Positions 22,064 to 32,061 are shown, counted from the stretch's first letter. The stretch is DNA of 44,242 nt from Alphaproteobacteria bacterium (GCA_046882065.1 JBKSMY010000027.1:1-44242), one strand, 5' to 3'. Translations and numbers: made by a program. Notes: generated from the sequence alone by a model not told the origin.

Positions 22064-23338
22064 ATGCTTGAAACCGTGAAACCAATCTTGAATGCAACGC
22101 AGTTATCCGCATTTAATGCGATTGAACGCACGAACTCTAATTTGCTGATATTGGGGCCTGCGGGAACTGGTAAATCTACATTTGTAAATTATCTGAAAAG
22201 CGCATCAAAAAAGCGTATTGTCTGTGCGTGTCCAACGGCGGTATCGGCCTTGAACGTTGGCGGTCAGACGATACATTCACTGTTCCAGATTCAGCCACGC
22301 GATTTTATTATGCCCGAGTTTTTGAAATTAAAGGCAAAGCCACGCAATATTCTGAATGCAACAGATGTTTTGATTATTGATGAAATTTCGATGGTTGCGC
22401 CTGATTTACTGGACGCGATTGACATCCTGGCGCGTTGGGCGCGTCGCAATAACGAACCGTTTGGTGGCATCCAGGTTGTTGCCATTGGTGATTTGTATCA
22501 ATTACCACCTGTAATCACGCGCGAAGCGACGCAGTATTATGAAACAGAATATGGACATCCGAACGCATACTTTTTTGACAGCAATGTTTACAAGCGCGCG
22601 AATTTTATAAAATATAACTTTGATTTTGTTTATCGCCAAAGTGATTTGCCATTGTTGGAAAATCTGGTGCAGTTGCGTAATAACAATACAGACAGTCTGG
22701 AATATTTTAACGCGTGCCGTATTGATGATGACGCACGTCGTGCTAACGCGGTATTGATTACGCCATTTCGTGCGGTTGCAGAACGCATAAACGCAACGCG
22801 TCTGGCCCAGATAAATGAAACACCGGTTGTTTATAATGGTGTATTGACTGGCAATTTTGCAGAACGTGATGTTCCTGCGCCACTTGCGTTGGAATTAAAG
22901 GTTGGCGCATTGGTTATATTTGTGAAAAATGGCGACAAATGGCATAACGGCTCGATGGGGCTGGTGCGCAGTCTAACCGCCCGCGAAATCATTGTTCAGT
23001 TATTATCAGATTCACGCGAATTAGTTGCGGTAAAACCAGAAAAATGGGCCAAGATAGAATATTCGCGTGATGAAAACGAACGTCTGGTTGAAAACGAGGT
23101 TGGCGCATATAAACAGTTCCCATTAACACTTGGCTATGCCATGACAATTCATCGCGCCCAGGGCAAAACCTTGGATGCGGTTGTGGTTGATATATCGCGT
23201 GGGGCGTTTGCCCATGGCCAGGTGTATGTGGCATTATCGCGCACCCGTCGCAGTTCCGATATGCACGTTGCCGCACCCCTGCGTCCGCGTGATGTTATAT
23301 TTGATTCGCGTGTTTTGGAATTTGTTTCTAACGACTAA
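22064..23338 (+). CDS. PIF1/RecD-like SF1B DNA helicase
   Basis: GPAGTGKS, IIDEISM, GDLYQLPPV, QFPLxLGYAMTIHRAQGKT, YVALSR. Confidence 0.9.
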   Translation: MLETVKPILNATQLSAFNAIERTNSNLLILGPAGTGKSTFVNYLKSASKKRIVCACPTAVSALNVGGQTIHSLFQIQPRDFIMPEFLKLKAKPRNILNATDVLIIDEISMVAPDLLDAIDILARWARRNNEPFGGIQVVAIGDLYQLPPVITREATQYYETEYGHPNAYFFDSNVYKRANFIKYNFDFVYRQSDLPLLENLVQLRNNNTDSLEYFNACRIDDDARRANAVLITPFRAVAERINATRLAQINETPVVYNGVLTGNFAERDVPAPLALELKVGALVIFVKNGDKWHNGSMGLVRSLTAREIIVQLLSDSRELVAVKPEKWAKIEYSRDENERLVENEVGAYKQFPLTLGYAMTIHRAQGKTLDAVVVDISRGAFAHGQVYVALSRTRRSSDMHVAAPLRPRDVIFDSRVLEFVSND

Positions 23339-23751
23339 ATTTGCTGAAAATTTCGCGCCCGTTAACGCGCATTTGTGCAATGTCTATGTTATCCCCAGAT
23401 ACTAATTGTTCTGCGGTTGGCAATGTCGGATTGTTAACAGAATTGATTGCGTTGTTAATTGCGTTTTGTTCTGCCCCAAAGATGACCTGGCCATTTGGTG
23501 TTAAATCGGTTCCAACCCCCTTGTATCCAATACTAAAGCCATGTTCAGAACCGTTTATTTTGAATTATGTTTGCTAAATGTTCGATATACCCGAATGCCT
23601 TATCTTCGGTTGTGGTCAATGCCCCACCAAGAACCGCCAATGCCGGTTTATTTAGATCAATTTTGTCTGCATATAAAAAACGTCGCCCGTTGCCTGTGGG
23701 GGTTGGGCTTTGTTTAATAATGTGCGCGCTGCTGCCGACATAGTTCATCAT
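23328..23751 (-). pseudogene. Frameshifted remnant of a hypothetical gene
   Basis: 68-aa ORF stops at 23545. A second frame (KINGSEHGFSIGY...FSKFSR*) is open from about 23561 to TAG at 23328 without a start codon at its 5' end. Confidence 0.6.
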
Positions 23752-24134
23752 ATATCTTTCCTCATCATAATGGCGTCCACGCCATCATAGTACCTAGGTC
23801 TGCGACCGACATCGACGAATCCGCATTGTTCGTACAGGGCGCGGGCAGCGGTGTTATCTTCCGCCACCTCTAAAAATATATGCTTAACACCTTGTTTTTT
23901 CAGGTCTGCTTCCATCACTCCAATCAGTGCAATCCCAATGCCCGTACGCCGCGCATCAGGATGTACACCGATTGTAATAATTTCTGCTTCGTCACACACG
24001 GCGCGATATACAATAAAGCCATTTTGACTAGCGATTATTTCGCACCCAGATTTTTTTAAATCGGCAAACTGGTCTGCGTCCCACGGTTTATGTGGGAAAC
24101 AAAGTTTATGAAGATTTGCCAGATTGTCTAACAC
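23748..24134 (-). CDS. rimI: RimI-like GNAT acetyltransferase
   Basis: DEAEIITIGV, RRTGIG, FLEVAEDN, RPRYY; close to tsaB. Confidence 0.85.
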   Translation of the reverse strand: MLDNLANLHKLCFPHKPWDADQFADLKKSGCEIIASQNGFIVYRAVCDEAEIITIGVHPDARRTGIGIALIGVMEADLKKQGVKHIFLEVAEDNTAARALYEQCGFVDVGRRPRYYDGVDAIMMRKDI

Positions 24135-24153
24135 GCCATTTCACCATTTTTGT

Positions 24154-24525
24154 TTAGCGCTTGTGAATAAACGCAGGGTTTTTCCATTCTTGCCTTAACT
24201 GTGTTTTTGCAATTTGTTCTGCGAATCTTGATTCCAGTACACTGAAAAATCTTTTTGCGTACTTGTCTGTGTCGCGTGCCGATGAAACAGATTTTTGTGT
24301 TTTTGTATCTGACTTGACCATTACTTTCAAGATATATTTGCGTATATTGTTTGACACCTTGTTCTTCATCGCATATGCAGATATGCAAACATCTTTGCTG
24401 TCGATATAATAGCAATGCACAACAGTATTTGTGCCGTTACCAGAACTGGATGTATATTTAACCTTTGCGTGTTCGATCGCATTGTTAATTGCGTCTTTGC
24501 TTCGTGTAAAAAATTCATTTGTCAT
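24154..24525 (-). CDS. Hypothetical protein
   Basis: 123-aa ORF filling the gap between tsaB and rimI. Confidence 0.6.
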   Translation of the reverse strand: MTNEFFTRSKDAINNAIEHAKVKYTSSSGNGTNTVVHCYYIDSKDVCISAYAMKNKVSNNIRKYILKVMVKSDTKTQKSVSSARDTDKYAKRFFSVLESRFAEQIAKTQLRQEWKNPAFIHKR

Positions 24526-24527
24526 GT

Positions 24528-25073
24528 TCAGTTGTCCTTTTTATTTTGTTCTGCATAACTGGGACGCATATACATAGGCACCACTGGTGCGCTTTCACCT
24601 GTGGCAACTTTCTGTTCTACTATTTTTACCCCCAGCCTTAAATCGAATGGTCTGTGTCCAACGGTACGCGGCCATTCCATTTGCTTGGTTTCAATCTGTT
24701 CTATTTCCATTGTTTGCGGTTCTAAACCGTTTGCGGCGACAAAGAAATCCCCACGACCGGAATCGATTGCAACGAATGCATCTGGCGTTGCGGCCAAATA
24801 CAAATCAAAAGCGCTTATTCCAACAACAGGTATGTTCAATCCCATCGCAATTCCTTTGGCGTATGCAATCCCCAGTCGAATTCCTGTAAAACTGCCTGGG
24901 CCTACAACTACACCAATCGCTGATATGTCGCGCCATGATGCACCACATTCAGCAATAAACTTTTCGCATTCTTGGGGCAATGCAATTGACTGTTTTTCAA
25001 CCACAACAGACTTGTATTCATTTCCCAATACAAATTCCAGGTTTGCCCCCGATGTATTAATTACCAGAATCAT
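24528..25073 (-). CDS. tsaB: t6A biosynthesis protein TsaB
   Basis: MILVINTS, GPGSFTGIRLG, PMYMR; SD AAGGAG. Confidence 0.92.
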   Translation of the reverse strand: MILVINTSGANLEFVLGNEYKSVVVEKQSIALPQECEKFIAECGASWRDISAIGVVVGPGSFTGIRLGIAYAKGIAMGLNIPVVGISAFDLYLAATPDAFVAIDSGRGDFFVAANGLEPQTMEIEQIETKQMEWPRTVGHRPFDLRLGVKIVEQKVATGESAPVVPMYMRPSYAEQNKKDN

Positions 25074-25098
25074 TTTTGATTCTCCTTTATTCCCTGCA

Positions 25099-25221
25099 TC
25101 AGTTCCCACATATACCGTGCAATCGTACCACTTTTTTAAATTCCTGAATCTGTTTATGACCATCCCCGATTACCACCGGTTCTACTGCCTGACCATTCAA
25201 GATGATTGTATTGTTCGTCAT
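25099..25221 (-). CDS. Putative 40-aa small protein coupled to the lon-like stop
   Basis: ATGA overlap with the lon-like TGA; MTNNTIILNGQAVEPVVIGDGHKQIQEFKKVVRLHGICGN*. Confidence 0.4.
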   Translation of the reverse strand: MTNNTIILNGQAVEPVVIGDGHKQIQEFKKVVRLHGICGN

Positions 25222-26981
25222 ACGCGCACCCCGAAACCGATTTTCTTTGAAAATCCTGCGGACTTTCGTGACGCCAATAGTTCATCGATTTTTTCAGGTG
25301 TAAATTCTGTCTTGGTATCAATACAGTCATTTTCCAACAAGGACCGACGCAAAATAGCGGTAATTTCACGCTGTGCCTGACGTACCCCTTGTTCGGACGT
25401 ATAGTTCTGAATCAGGTGTCTAATTGCATCGTCGCTGATAACGATATCATCCGTATTCCAGCCCGTATCACGCGCAGCACGACCGATTAAATGTTCGCGT
25501 GTAATTTTGACCTTGTCATCCATTGAATAGCCTGGAATTTCGATAATTTCCATACGATCTTTCAGGGCGTTTGACATATTCAAACTGTTTGCTGTCGCAA
25601 TAAACATCACGTTCGACAGGTCAAAGTCAACTTCCAAATAATGATCCCGGAATGTCTTGTTCTGTTCTGGGTCTAAAATTTCCAGCAATGCAGATTCTGG
25701 ATCGCCACGCCAATCACGTCCCATTTTATCGATTTCATCCAGAACAATAACAGGATTATTTGTTTTGCAACGTTTCAACGCATCCATAATGCGCCCCGTC
25801 TGTGCGCCAATATATGTCTTGCGATGACCGCGGAAATGCGCTTCGTCTGAAATTCCGCCCAGGGAAATTCGCTGATATTTGCGCCCCAAGGCCGTTGCGA
25901 TAGATTTGCCCAACGAAGTTTTGCCCACACCTGGTGCACCGACAAAGCACAAAATCGAACCCTGATTTGATTTTGTCTTTTTCATTACGGCGATGTGTTC
26001 CAGAATACGTTCTTTGACTGCGTCCATACCTGAATGTTCGCTGTCTAAAACTTCGCGCGCATGTTTCAAGTCAATTTCTGCCTCATCAGACTTGCCCCAT
26101 GGCATCGCCAACAGTTCGTCCAGATATGTTTTCAACAATCCGCCTTCATTAGACATTGGCGACATAGAACGCATGCGTTTCCATTCCGCCATGGCTTTTT
26201 CCTTGGCTTCTGCCGGCATACTGGATTTCAAAATCTTTTTGCGAATGTTTGCGGTGTCCACCTCTGCGTCATCTTCGCCCATTTCTTTTTGCAGGGCGCG
26301 CATCTTTTCTTGTAATATTGCTTCGCGCCGCCCGTTTTCCATTTGTTGGTGAATACGTTTATTGATTGATTCTTCTATCTTTGCGGTTTCAACCATCAGT
26401 TTTACCGCCTCTAACAGAATATTTAATTTTTCGGCCCAACTGGTTGCACTCAGCACCTTTACAGCAACATCTGTTTCGATATCTGCGGTCTGAATCACAG
26501 CGTCCACAAAAGCGGGCAGGGGGTAATTTTCAATCACATTGCGCAGTTTTTCCATTTTGAACTTGCGCGTGGACAATGCCAATGTCTGCATATTGTCCGC
26601 CAGAATATCGCGCAGAACAATTGTTTGTTCTGCGTTCATATCGTCTGCAACGTCAATCTTTTCCGGTGTTCCTGTGAATATGCCGTCGTTAATTTCAATG
26701 TCTTTGATTGCCACCGCGTCTGTTGTACGCACCAACAGGTGAATTGCCCCATCTGGCATAGACAGCACCTGAACCACGTCGCCAATTGTTCCAACGGTAT
26801 AGATATCATCGATACTGGATGGGTATGCCCAACTGTGCTGCGACACCAGAATCAACTGCTGATGTCCTGCATTTGCAGCGGCCTTGATACAATTAACAGA
26901 CATGTGATTATCGACCAACACCGGCACAGTCAGCCCCGGTGAAACGACCAAATCACGAAATGGCAAAATATAGTTCTTCAT
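25218..26981 (-). CDS. Lon-family AAA+ ATPase lacking the protease domain
   Basis: LON N-domain (LPFRDLVV), Walker A GAPGVGKTS, Walker B IVLDEIDK, DHYLEVDFDLSNVMFIATAN, DRMEII. No PKDGPSAG catalytic motif. Confidence 0.9.
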   Translation of the reverse strand: MKNYILPFRDLVVSPGLTVPVLVDNHMSVNCIKAAANAGHQQLILVSQHSWAYPSSIDDIYTVGTIGDVVQVLSMPDGAIHLLVRTTDAVAIKDIEINDGIFTGTPEKIDVADDMNAEQTIVLRDILADNMQTLALSTRKFKMEKLRNVIENYPLPAFVDAVIQTADIETDVAVKVLSATSWAEKLNILLEAVKLMVETAKIEESINKRIHQQMENGRREAILQEKMRALQKEMGEDDAEVDTANIRKKILKSSMPAEAKEKAMAEWKRMRSMSPMSNEGGLLKTYLDELLAMPWGKSDEAEIDLKHAREVLDSEHSGMDAVKERILEHIAVMKKTKSNQGSILCFVGAPGVGKTSLGKSIATALGRKYQRISLGGISDEAHFRGHRKTYIGAQTGRIMDALKRCKTNNPVIVLDEIDKMGRDWRGDPESALLEILDPEQNKTFRDHYLEVDFDLSNVMFIATANSLNMSNALKDRMEIIEIPGYSMDDKVKITREHLIGRAARDTGWNTDDIVISDDAIRHLIQNYTSEQGVRQAQREITAILRRSLLENDCIDTKTEFTPEKIDELLASRKSAGFSKKIGFGVRV

Positions 26982-27033
26982 AGCCCAATAAATATAATAC
27001 ATTTTATTTGCATTTCAAGATGAATAAAAATGC

Positions 27034-27062
27034 TTGATTTTTCGAACAAAACCGTATAAACT
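27034..27062 (+). promoter_or_regulatory. Putative rpsD promoter
   Basis: TTGATT-17 nt-TAAACT. Confidence 0.5.
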
Positions 27063-27178
27063 ACGGCTCGCTGGGTAATCAGAACTGATTAAACGATGGT
27101 GCTTTTTGGTCCCATCTGCGATAAGGATTCTGTTCTAATACCGCCCGGCACCGTAAAAACCAAAAAAAGGATAAAAAA

Positions 27179-27811
27179 ATGGCAAGAGCAGGCGCAAAGC
27201 GCAGCACACGCAAGCTGAAGATTGGACGCTCACTGGGTGTCAATCTGTGGGGTCAGGCAAAATCCCCATTTAACAAACGTAAATACAAACCGGGTCAGCA
27301 TGGTCCAACATCTCGTGGCGGCAACTCATCTGATTATGCAAAACAGATGCGCGCAAAACAGACGTTAAAGGGCTACTATGGCAACATCGGTGAAAAGAAG
27401 TTCCGCAAATACTTTATCGAAGCCGACAATATGAAGGGTGACACACCTGAAAATTTGATTGGCTTGTTGGAACGTCGTTTGGATGCGGTTGTATATCGTG
27501 CAAAATTGGCGCCAACTGTATTCTCTTCACGTCAGTTAATCAGCCACGGCCACATCAATGTTAATGGCAAACGCGTTAAGATTGCATCATACCAGGTTAA
27601 ACCAGGCGATGTTATCACAGTCAGCGAAAAAGCCAAACAGATGCCATTGGTCGTATTGGCGTTGGAATCTGCTGAACGCAACTTTGCGGACTATGTATCT
27701 GTTGACAGTGCAAACTTCACAGCGACATTTGTACGCGTACCTGCGTTCGAAGACGTACCATATCCGGTTCAGATGTTCCCAGAATTGGTCGTCGAATTCT
27801 ATTCTCGTTAA
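27179..27811 (+). CDS. rpsD: 30S ribosomal protein S4
   Basis: [35 protein letters not shown]. Confidence 0.98.
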   Translation: MARAGAKRSTRKLKIGRSLGVNLWGQAKSPFNKRKYKPGQHGPTSRGGNSSDYAKQMRAKQTLKGYYGNIGEKKFRKYFIEADNMKGDTPENLIGLLERRLDAVVYRAKLAPTVFSSRQLISHGHINVNGKRVKIASYQVKPGDVITVSEKAKQMPLVVLALESAERNFADYVSVDSANFTATFVRVPAFEDVPYPVQMFPELVVEFYSR

Positions 27812-27830
27812 TCTTAACGAACATAGAAAC

Positions 27831-27857
27831 AAAAATCCCGCCCTCGGCGGGATTTTT
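27831..27857. terminator. Bidirectional intrinsic terminator
   Basis: AAAAATCCCGCC-CTC-GGCGGGATTTTT. Confidence 0.85.
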
Positions 27858-27914
27858 AATTATAAAAACGCCCCAGTTTTTTGGGGCGCTGACATGAAAC
27901 TTTTTGCCGTCTAT

Positions 27915-28130
27915 TTAACGGTCATTACGCGATACAGGACGATCGATAAACATCCAGATTAACCATATCAATGCCGCAATACCGATAATCGCATAGACGA
28001 TATTACTGGCCAAGGTTGCAGGTCCAAACAAAAATGCAACCAAATCAAAACCAAAGATACCGACCAGCCCCCAGTTCAAGGCGCCGATAAATGTCAATGG
28101 TATAAGAACATAGTTTGTAAGTCCTCTCAT
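27915..28130 (-). CDS. DUF378-family small membrane protein
   Basis: IGALNWGLVGIFGFDLVAFLFG signature. Confidence 0.85.
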   Translation of the reverse strand: MRGLTNYVLIPLTFIGALNWGLVGIFGFDLVAFLFGPATLASNIVYAIIGIAALIWLIWMFIDRPVSRNDR

Positions 28131-28271
28131 CTATTTTTTCTCCTTTTCAAGGTTTTACATATGTCTTATAAATAAGACACTGATATTATAACCCTTTTAT
28201 TTTGTGCGTGCAATCGCAATACAGCACTTAGGAAAAGGTACCTACCTATGAAATCTGTCTTATTACGGGAA

Positions 28272-29567
28272 CTAATTGCCGTTTAATATGTCGCCGGCTT
28301 TGATATATTCGGGGGAATTTTTTTTCAGTTTCTTTTGTGCGCGTTTGGCATAGGATTTGGCTTCGGCGTCTTTCCCGATCATCTTGTTATATTCTGCCAA
28401 CGCCCATGCGTTTCGACCTGTATCTGTATCTCCGTATGCCCGCGCCAACACCCAATACGCAAGGGGGGCAGGTTCTGACAAAATTGCGCGCTTACACATT
28501 TCAATTGCGCGCGCGTTATCGCCCGGTTTATTTCGTTCGCTTAACACTAATGCCAATGCGGTCTGAATCTGTGGCGCGTTCCCCGTCAATTCTAACGATT
28601 TTTCGTATGCGCTAACGCTGTCGTCATAGTGTCCAAATTGATATTCAATATCCCCCAGTAATTCATAGAAATATGGATTGTTTGGATTTCTTGATATCAA
28701 TGTACTGGTTCCCACACGCGCCCCATCCAGATTGCCACCACGCATGTTCGCAATTGCCCGCGCATAAATCGCTGCATCAGATTTATCGTGGCTTGGGTAT
28801 TTTTCGCGAACTTGTTGCGCTGTGTCCAGATAACCGACCAGTTTTGCACGCACCAGTTCATATTCCGCCACATCTGCGGTTTTCCATTTTTTATCATCGC
28901 CAATTTGCGCAATTTGTTCGCGCACATTGTTTAATCGTTCGGTGGTCAGCGGGTGATTTATGCGATTTGGATTTATGCGTGATTCAAGTACGCCTGTCAA
29001 ATCATGCATTTGTTCCAGAACAGTAACAAACCCATTTGGATTCTGCTTTGCTTGCACCATTAAATCCACGCCCATATTGTCTGCGATACGTTCTTCATCG
29101 CGTGTGAATGCCAACATAGATTGTTGTGCAACCCCGGACGAGCCTGCCAAAACCCCAGCCCCCAGCGTCGGATTGCCCCCCGCTACCATCAGCCCAACCC
29201 CCAACGCCTGAATCAACATAGTGCGTTTCATTTCCGCATTCATACGATCTGACATCTGGGCCATGTGCCCACCAAGTGTATGTCCCAATTCGTGTGCAAT
29301 TACTGCCTGCAATGCGTTTGGTGTTTTTATCTGTTTTAATAGACCGGTATAAACATAAATATCTTCGCCACCCATAACGAACGCGTTAAAGTCTTCGTCA
29401 TTGACAATATGTATCTTCATTCGTCCATCTGGAATATTGGCAGCGCGCGCAAGTGGCGCAACCAATTCACCAATCACACGTTCTGTTTCTGTGTCGTTTA
29501 TTAGCGATGCCCCCATTGATGGTATGGCGACAATCAGCGATAATAAAAATACAAAAATCTTACGCAC
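28272..29567 (-). CDS. M48 metalloprotease with TPR repeats (BepA/YfgC-like)
   Basis: Signal peptide, FNAF, AHELGH, EERIAD, HP motif, TPR-like C-terminus. GTG start overlaps the recG stop. Confidence 0.88.
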   Translation of the reverse strand: MRKIFVFLLSLIVAIPSMGASLINDTETERVIGELVAPLARAANIPDGRMKIHIVNDEDFNAFVMGGEDIYVYTGLLKQIKTPNALQAVIAHELGHTLGGHMAQMSDRMNAEMKRTMLIQALGVGLMVAGGNPTLGAGVLAGSSGVAQQSMLAFTRDEERIADNMGVDLMVQAKQNPNGFVTVLEQMHDLTGVLESRINPNRINHPLTTERLNNVREQIAQIGDDKKWKTADVAEYELVRAKLVGYLDTAQQVREKYPSHDKSDAAIYARAIANMRGGNLDGARVGTSTLISRNPNNPYFYELLGDIEYQFGHYDDSVSAYEKSLELTGNAPQIQTALALVLSERNKPGDNARAIEMCKRAILSEPAPLAYWVLARAYGDTDTGRNAWALAEYNKMIGKDAEAKSYAKRAQKKLKKNSPEYIKAGDILNGN

Positions 29568-31614
29568 CCAATACCACCCCACGGTCAAAGAAGTACATTA
29601 AATCGCGTACCCACGAATCTATATCATTATCACGCGCGGCGGTCGAAGCCAACTTGAATAAATCCCGATGTTCACGATAATCCACAAAATAGTATCGCAT
29701 CCAGCCGCTTTGTCGTGTGCCCAATAATTCACCAACGCCACGCATCATTAAATCTTGTTCTGCGATAACAAATCCGTCATCAGTTTCGCATAACACGTCC
29801 AGTCGCTTTAATCCGTCATCTGATACGTTTCGTCCAAATACCAATACACAGTACGACTGCGTGTTGCCGCGTCCAACGCGCCCGCGCAACTGGTGTAATG
29901 CTGCCAAACCAAACCGTTCTGCGTTTTCGATTACAATAATAGAAGCCTGTGGAACATCAATTCCAACCTCGATAACAGTTGTTGCAACCAATATCGGCAT
30001 ATCGGAATCTTTTGCTGCAAATTCCGCCATAACTGCGTCGCGTTCTTTCTTGTCCATTTTACCATGAACCAATCCTGCGTTTGGAAAGTATTCAGACAGC
30101 ATTTTATGCCGTTCTTCGGCGGCGGTCATCGCGTTGTCGTTTTCTGATTCTTCGACCAGCGGACAAACCCAGAACACCTTGGCACCTGCATTGACTTGCA
30201 TATCAATACGTTCCAACAAATCCATAATTCGGCCACATGATAATTTGGTTGTTTTAATCGGCTTTCGTCCGGCGGGCTTTTCGTTGATAATTGACACATC
30301 CATATCGCCATAGATTGTCATGGACAACGTTCGTGGAATTGGTGTTGCAGACAGCGCCAACAAATCTGTGTTTGTTCCTTTGTTGCGCAATGCTTCGCGT
30401 TGGGCGACGCCAAATCTGTGCTGTTCATCAATTATAACCAGTCCCAAATCTTTGTATTCAACGTCTGCGGAAAACAGCGCATGCGTCCCCACAACCACAC
30501 GCGTGCGCCCCGACCGCAGCGACACTAACTTTTCTCGACGTGCCACCCCTTTGTCGCGCCCGGTCAGAATATCGCAGACAATTCCGATTTTATCACACAA
30601 AGGCTTTAATTTCGCAAAGTGTTGTTGTGCCAAAGTATCTGTTGGGGCTAATATGGCGGTCTGGCCGCCCATTTCTGCCATTCGCACGGCGGCGGCCAAT
30701 GCAACAATGGTTTTTCCGCTGCCTACGTCCCCTTGGACTAATCGCATCATCGGCACGTCGCGTGTCATATCATAAAAGATTTCATCACATGTGCGCTTTT
30801 GCGCGCCTGTCATCTCAAAAGGCAGCGTTGCCCAAAACTTGTCCATTAAATCGTATTTTTTTGCCCGTGCGTTTCGACGATTTCGTACATCCATGCGATT
30901 ACGTCTGCTGATAACAATTGCCGCCTGATGTGCCAACAGTTCACAGTACGCCAACTTTGCCATATACGTTGCGTTCGGTGCTAAATCTGCATCAGACTTT
31001 GGGAAATGCACATGTTCCAACGCATCAAAAAATTCCAACACGCGTTCATCGCTTTCGCCACGCAGTTTGTCGGGCAGGGCGGCAAAAATCTGGTCGCGAA
31101 TATTTGCGAATACTTTTTGTGTCAGTCCTTCACCTGCGGGATAAATTGCCTGGGCGGATGGAATTTTGGCTGCGTTTTGTAGTTCTTCGATAAAGTCTGG
31201 ATGGTTAATTGTTGGCTTTGTTGTCTTTTCCAGTTTTCCCGACACCATGCGCCATGTACCCACCGGCATTTTGTTCAGCCAATAATCCAGATATTTCGCA
31301 TTAAAGAACTGGATAATAACAGTATTTCCTAATTTGTCATTACATGTAATCTGGGTTGGACTGCGGCGGCCGCGAAATGCGCGTCCTGTTCGATGAGATT
31401 TTATCATCAGCGGAACAGTAATCGTGTCGCCTGGATTTGCGTCCAGCACATTTTCTGTTATTCCGCGTGCGCGCACATAAGACGGGCGATGACGCAGAAA
31501 ATCCAGTACACGTCGTCCGCCCAAAACTTCATCCAGTCTTGTGGCCAATGCAGGACCCACCCCGCGAATAAATTGCAGGTCAGTATTTAAAAAATCTACT
31601 ATCTCACGTCTCAT
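29560..31614 (-). CDS. recG: ATP-dependent DNA helicase RecG
   Basis: QGDVGSGKT, IIDEQHRFGV, SATPIPRTL, LHQLRGRVGRG. Confidence 0.97.
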   Translation of the reverse strand: MRREIVDFLNTDLQFIRGVGPALATRLDEVLGGRRVLDFLRHRPSYVRARGITENVLDANPGDTITVPLMIKSHRTGRAFRGRRSPTQITCNDKLGNTVIIQFFNAKYLDYWLNKMPVGTWRMVSGKLEKTTKPTINHPDFIEELQNAAKIPSAQAIYPAGEGLTQKVFANIRDQIFAALPDKLRGESDERVLEFFDALEHVHFPKSDADLAPNATYMAKLAYCELLAHQAAIVISRRNRMDVRNRRNARAKKYDLMDKFWATLPFEMTGAQKRTCDEIFYDMTRDVPMMRLVQGDVGSGKTIVALAAAVRMAEMGGQTAILAPTDTLAQQHFAKLKPLCDKIGIVCDILTGRDKGVARREKLVSLRSGRTRVVVGTHALFSADVEYKDLGLVIIDEQHRFGVAQREALRNKGTNTDLLALSATPIPRTLSMTIYGDMDVSIINEKPAGRKPIKTTKLSCGRIMDLLERIDMQVNAGAKVFWVCPLVEESENDNAMTAAEERHKMLSEYFPNAGLVHGKMDKKERDAVMAEFAAKDSDMPILVATTVIEVGIDVPQASIIVIENAERFGLAALHQLRGRVGRGNTQSYCVLVFGRNVSDDGLKRLDVLCETDDGFVIAEQDLMMRGVGELLGTRQSGWMRYYFVDYREHRDLFKLASTAARDNDIDSWVRDLMYFFDRGVVLGA

Positions 31615-31704
31615 CACATATAAATTTAGTGAAAAATGCGCAAATATTCAACCGTAAAAAGAAAAGTTGAATTGTTGTAAAAAACTGCTAAAATCACCAT
31701 CCGT

Positions 31705-32029
31705 CAGATGATCTGGGCATGGCTGGCCAGAAATGGTCAGAGGAAAGTCCGGACTGCTTGGGACAGCGTACCGGCTAATATACCGGGCGGGGCGACCCGA
31801 CGATTAGAGCAACAGTGACGTAAACGATTAAATTCGAGTGAAACGGGCAATCTCTGCGCGCAGCAACTTCAAATAGGCTCCCTATATGTGTCCCACATTG
31901 GGGGCGGGTAGAAGGCTTGACATATCGCAGTAATGCAATATGCAGATTAATCATGCCCACTACCGCGGGGCGGTATGTAAACTATACTGCCCCGATGGCA
32001 GAACAGAATCCGGCTTATATGTTCATCTG
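31705..32029 (+). ncRNA. rnpB: RNase P RNA
   Basis: GAGGAAAGTCCGGAC and ACAGAATCCGGCTTA cores; P1 CAGATGA/TCATCTG; P2 TGGGCATG/CATGCCCA. Confidence 0.95.
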
Positions 32030-32033
32030 CACC

Positions 32034-32061
32034 ATGCGCCTGCGGGCGCATGTTTTTTTTT
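32034..32061 (+). terminator. rnpB terminator
   Basis: ATGCGCC-TGCG-GGCGCAT followed by a T-run. Confidence 0.8.

Noticed and set aside
21236-23338. PHP plus helicase as an anti-phage defence module
   Set aside because: The PHP looks HisJ-like and the helicase PIF1-like, in a housekeeping operon with miaA and lemA; nothing else supports defence.
25087-25110. Selenocysteine read-through (CGN-TGA-C)
   Set aside because: No evident SECIS hairpin and no sel genes in the window.
25074-25163. 30-aa N-terminal extension of TsaB
   Set aside because: The family starts at MILxIxT, and a strong SD precedes ATG 25073.
31775-31960. 61-aa ORF on the minus strand
   Set aside because: Lies inside rnpB.
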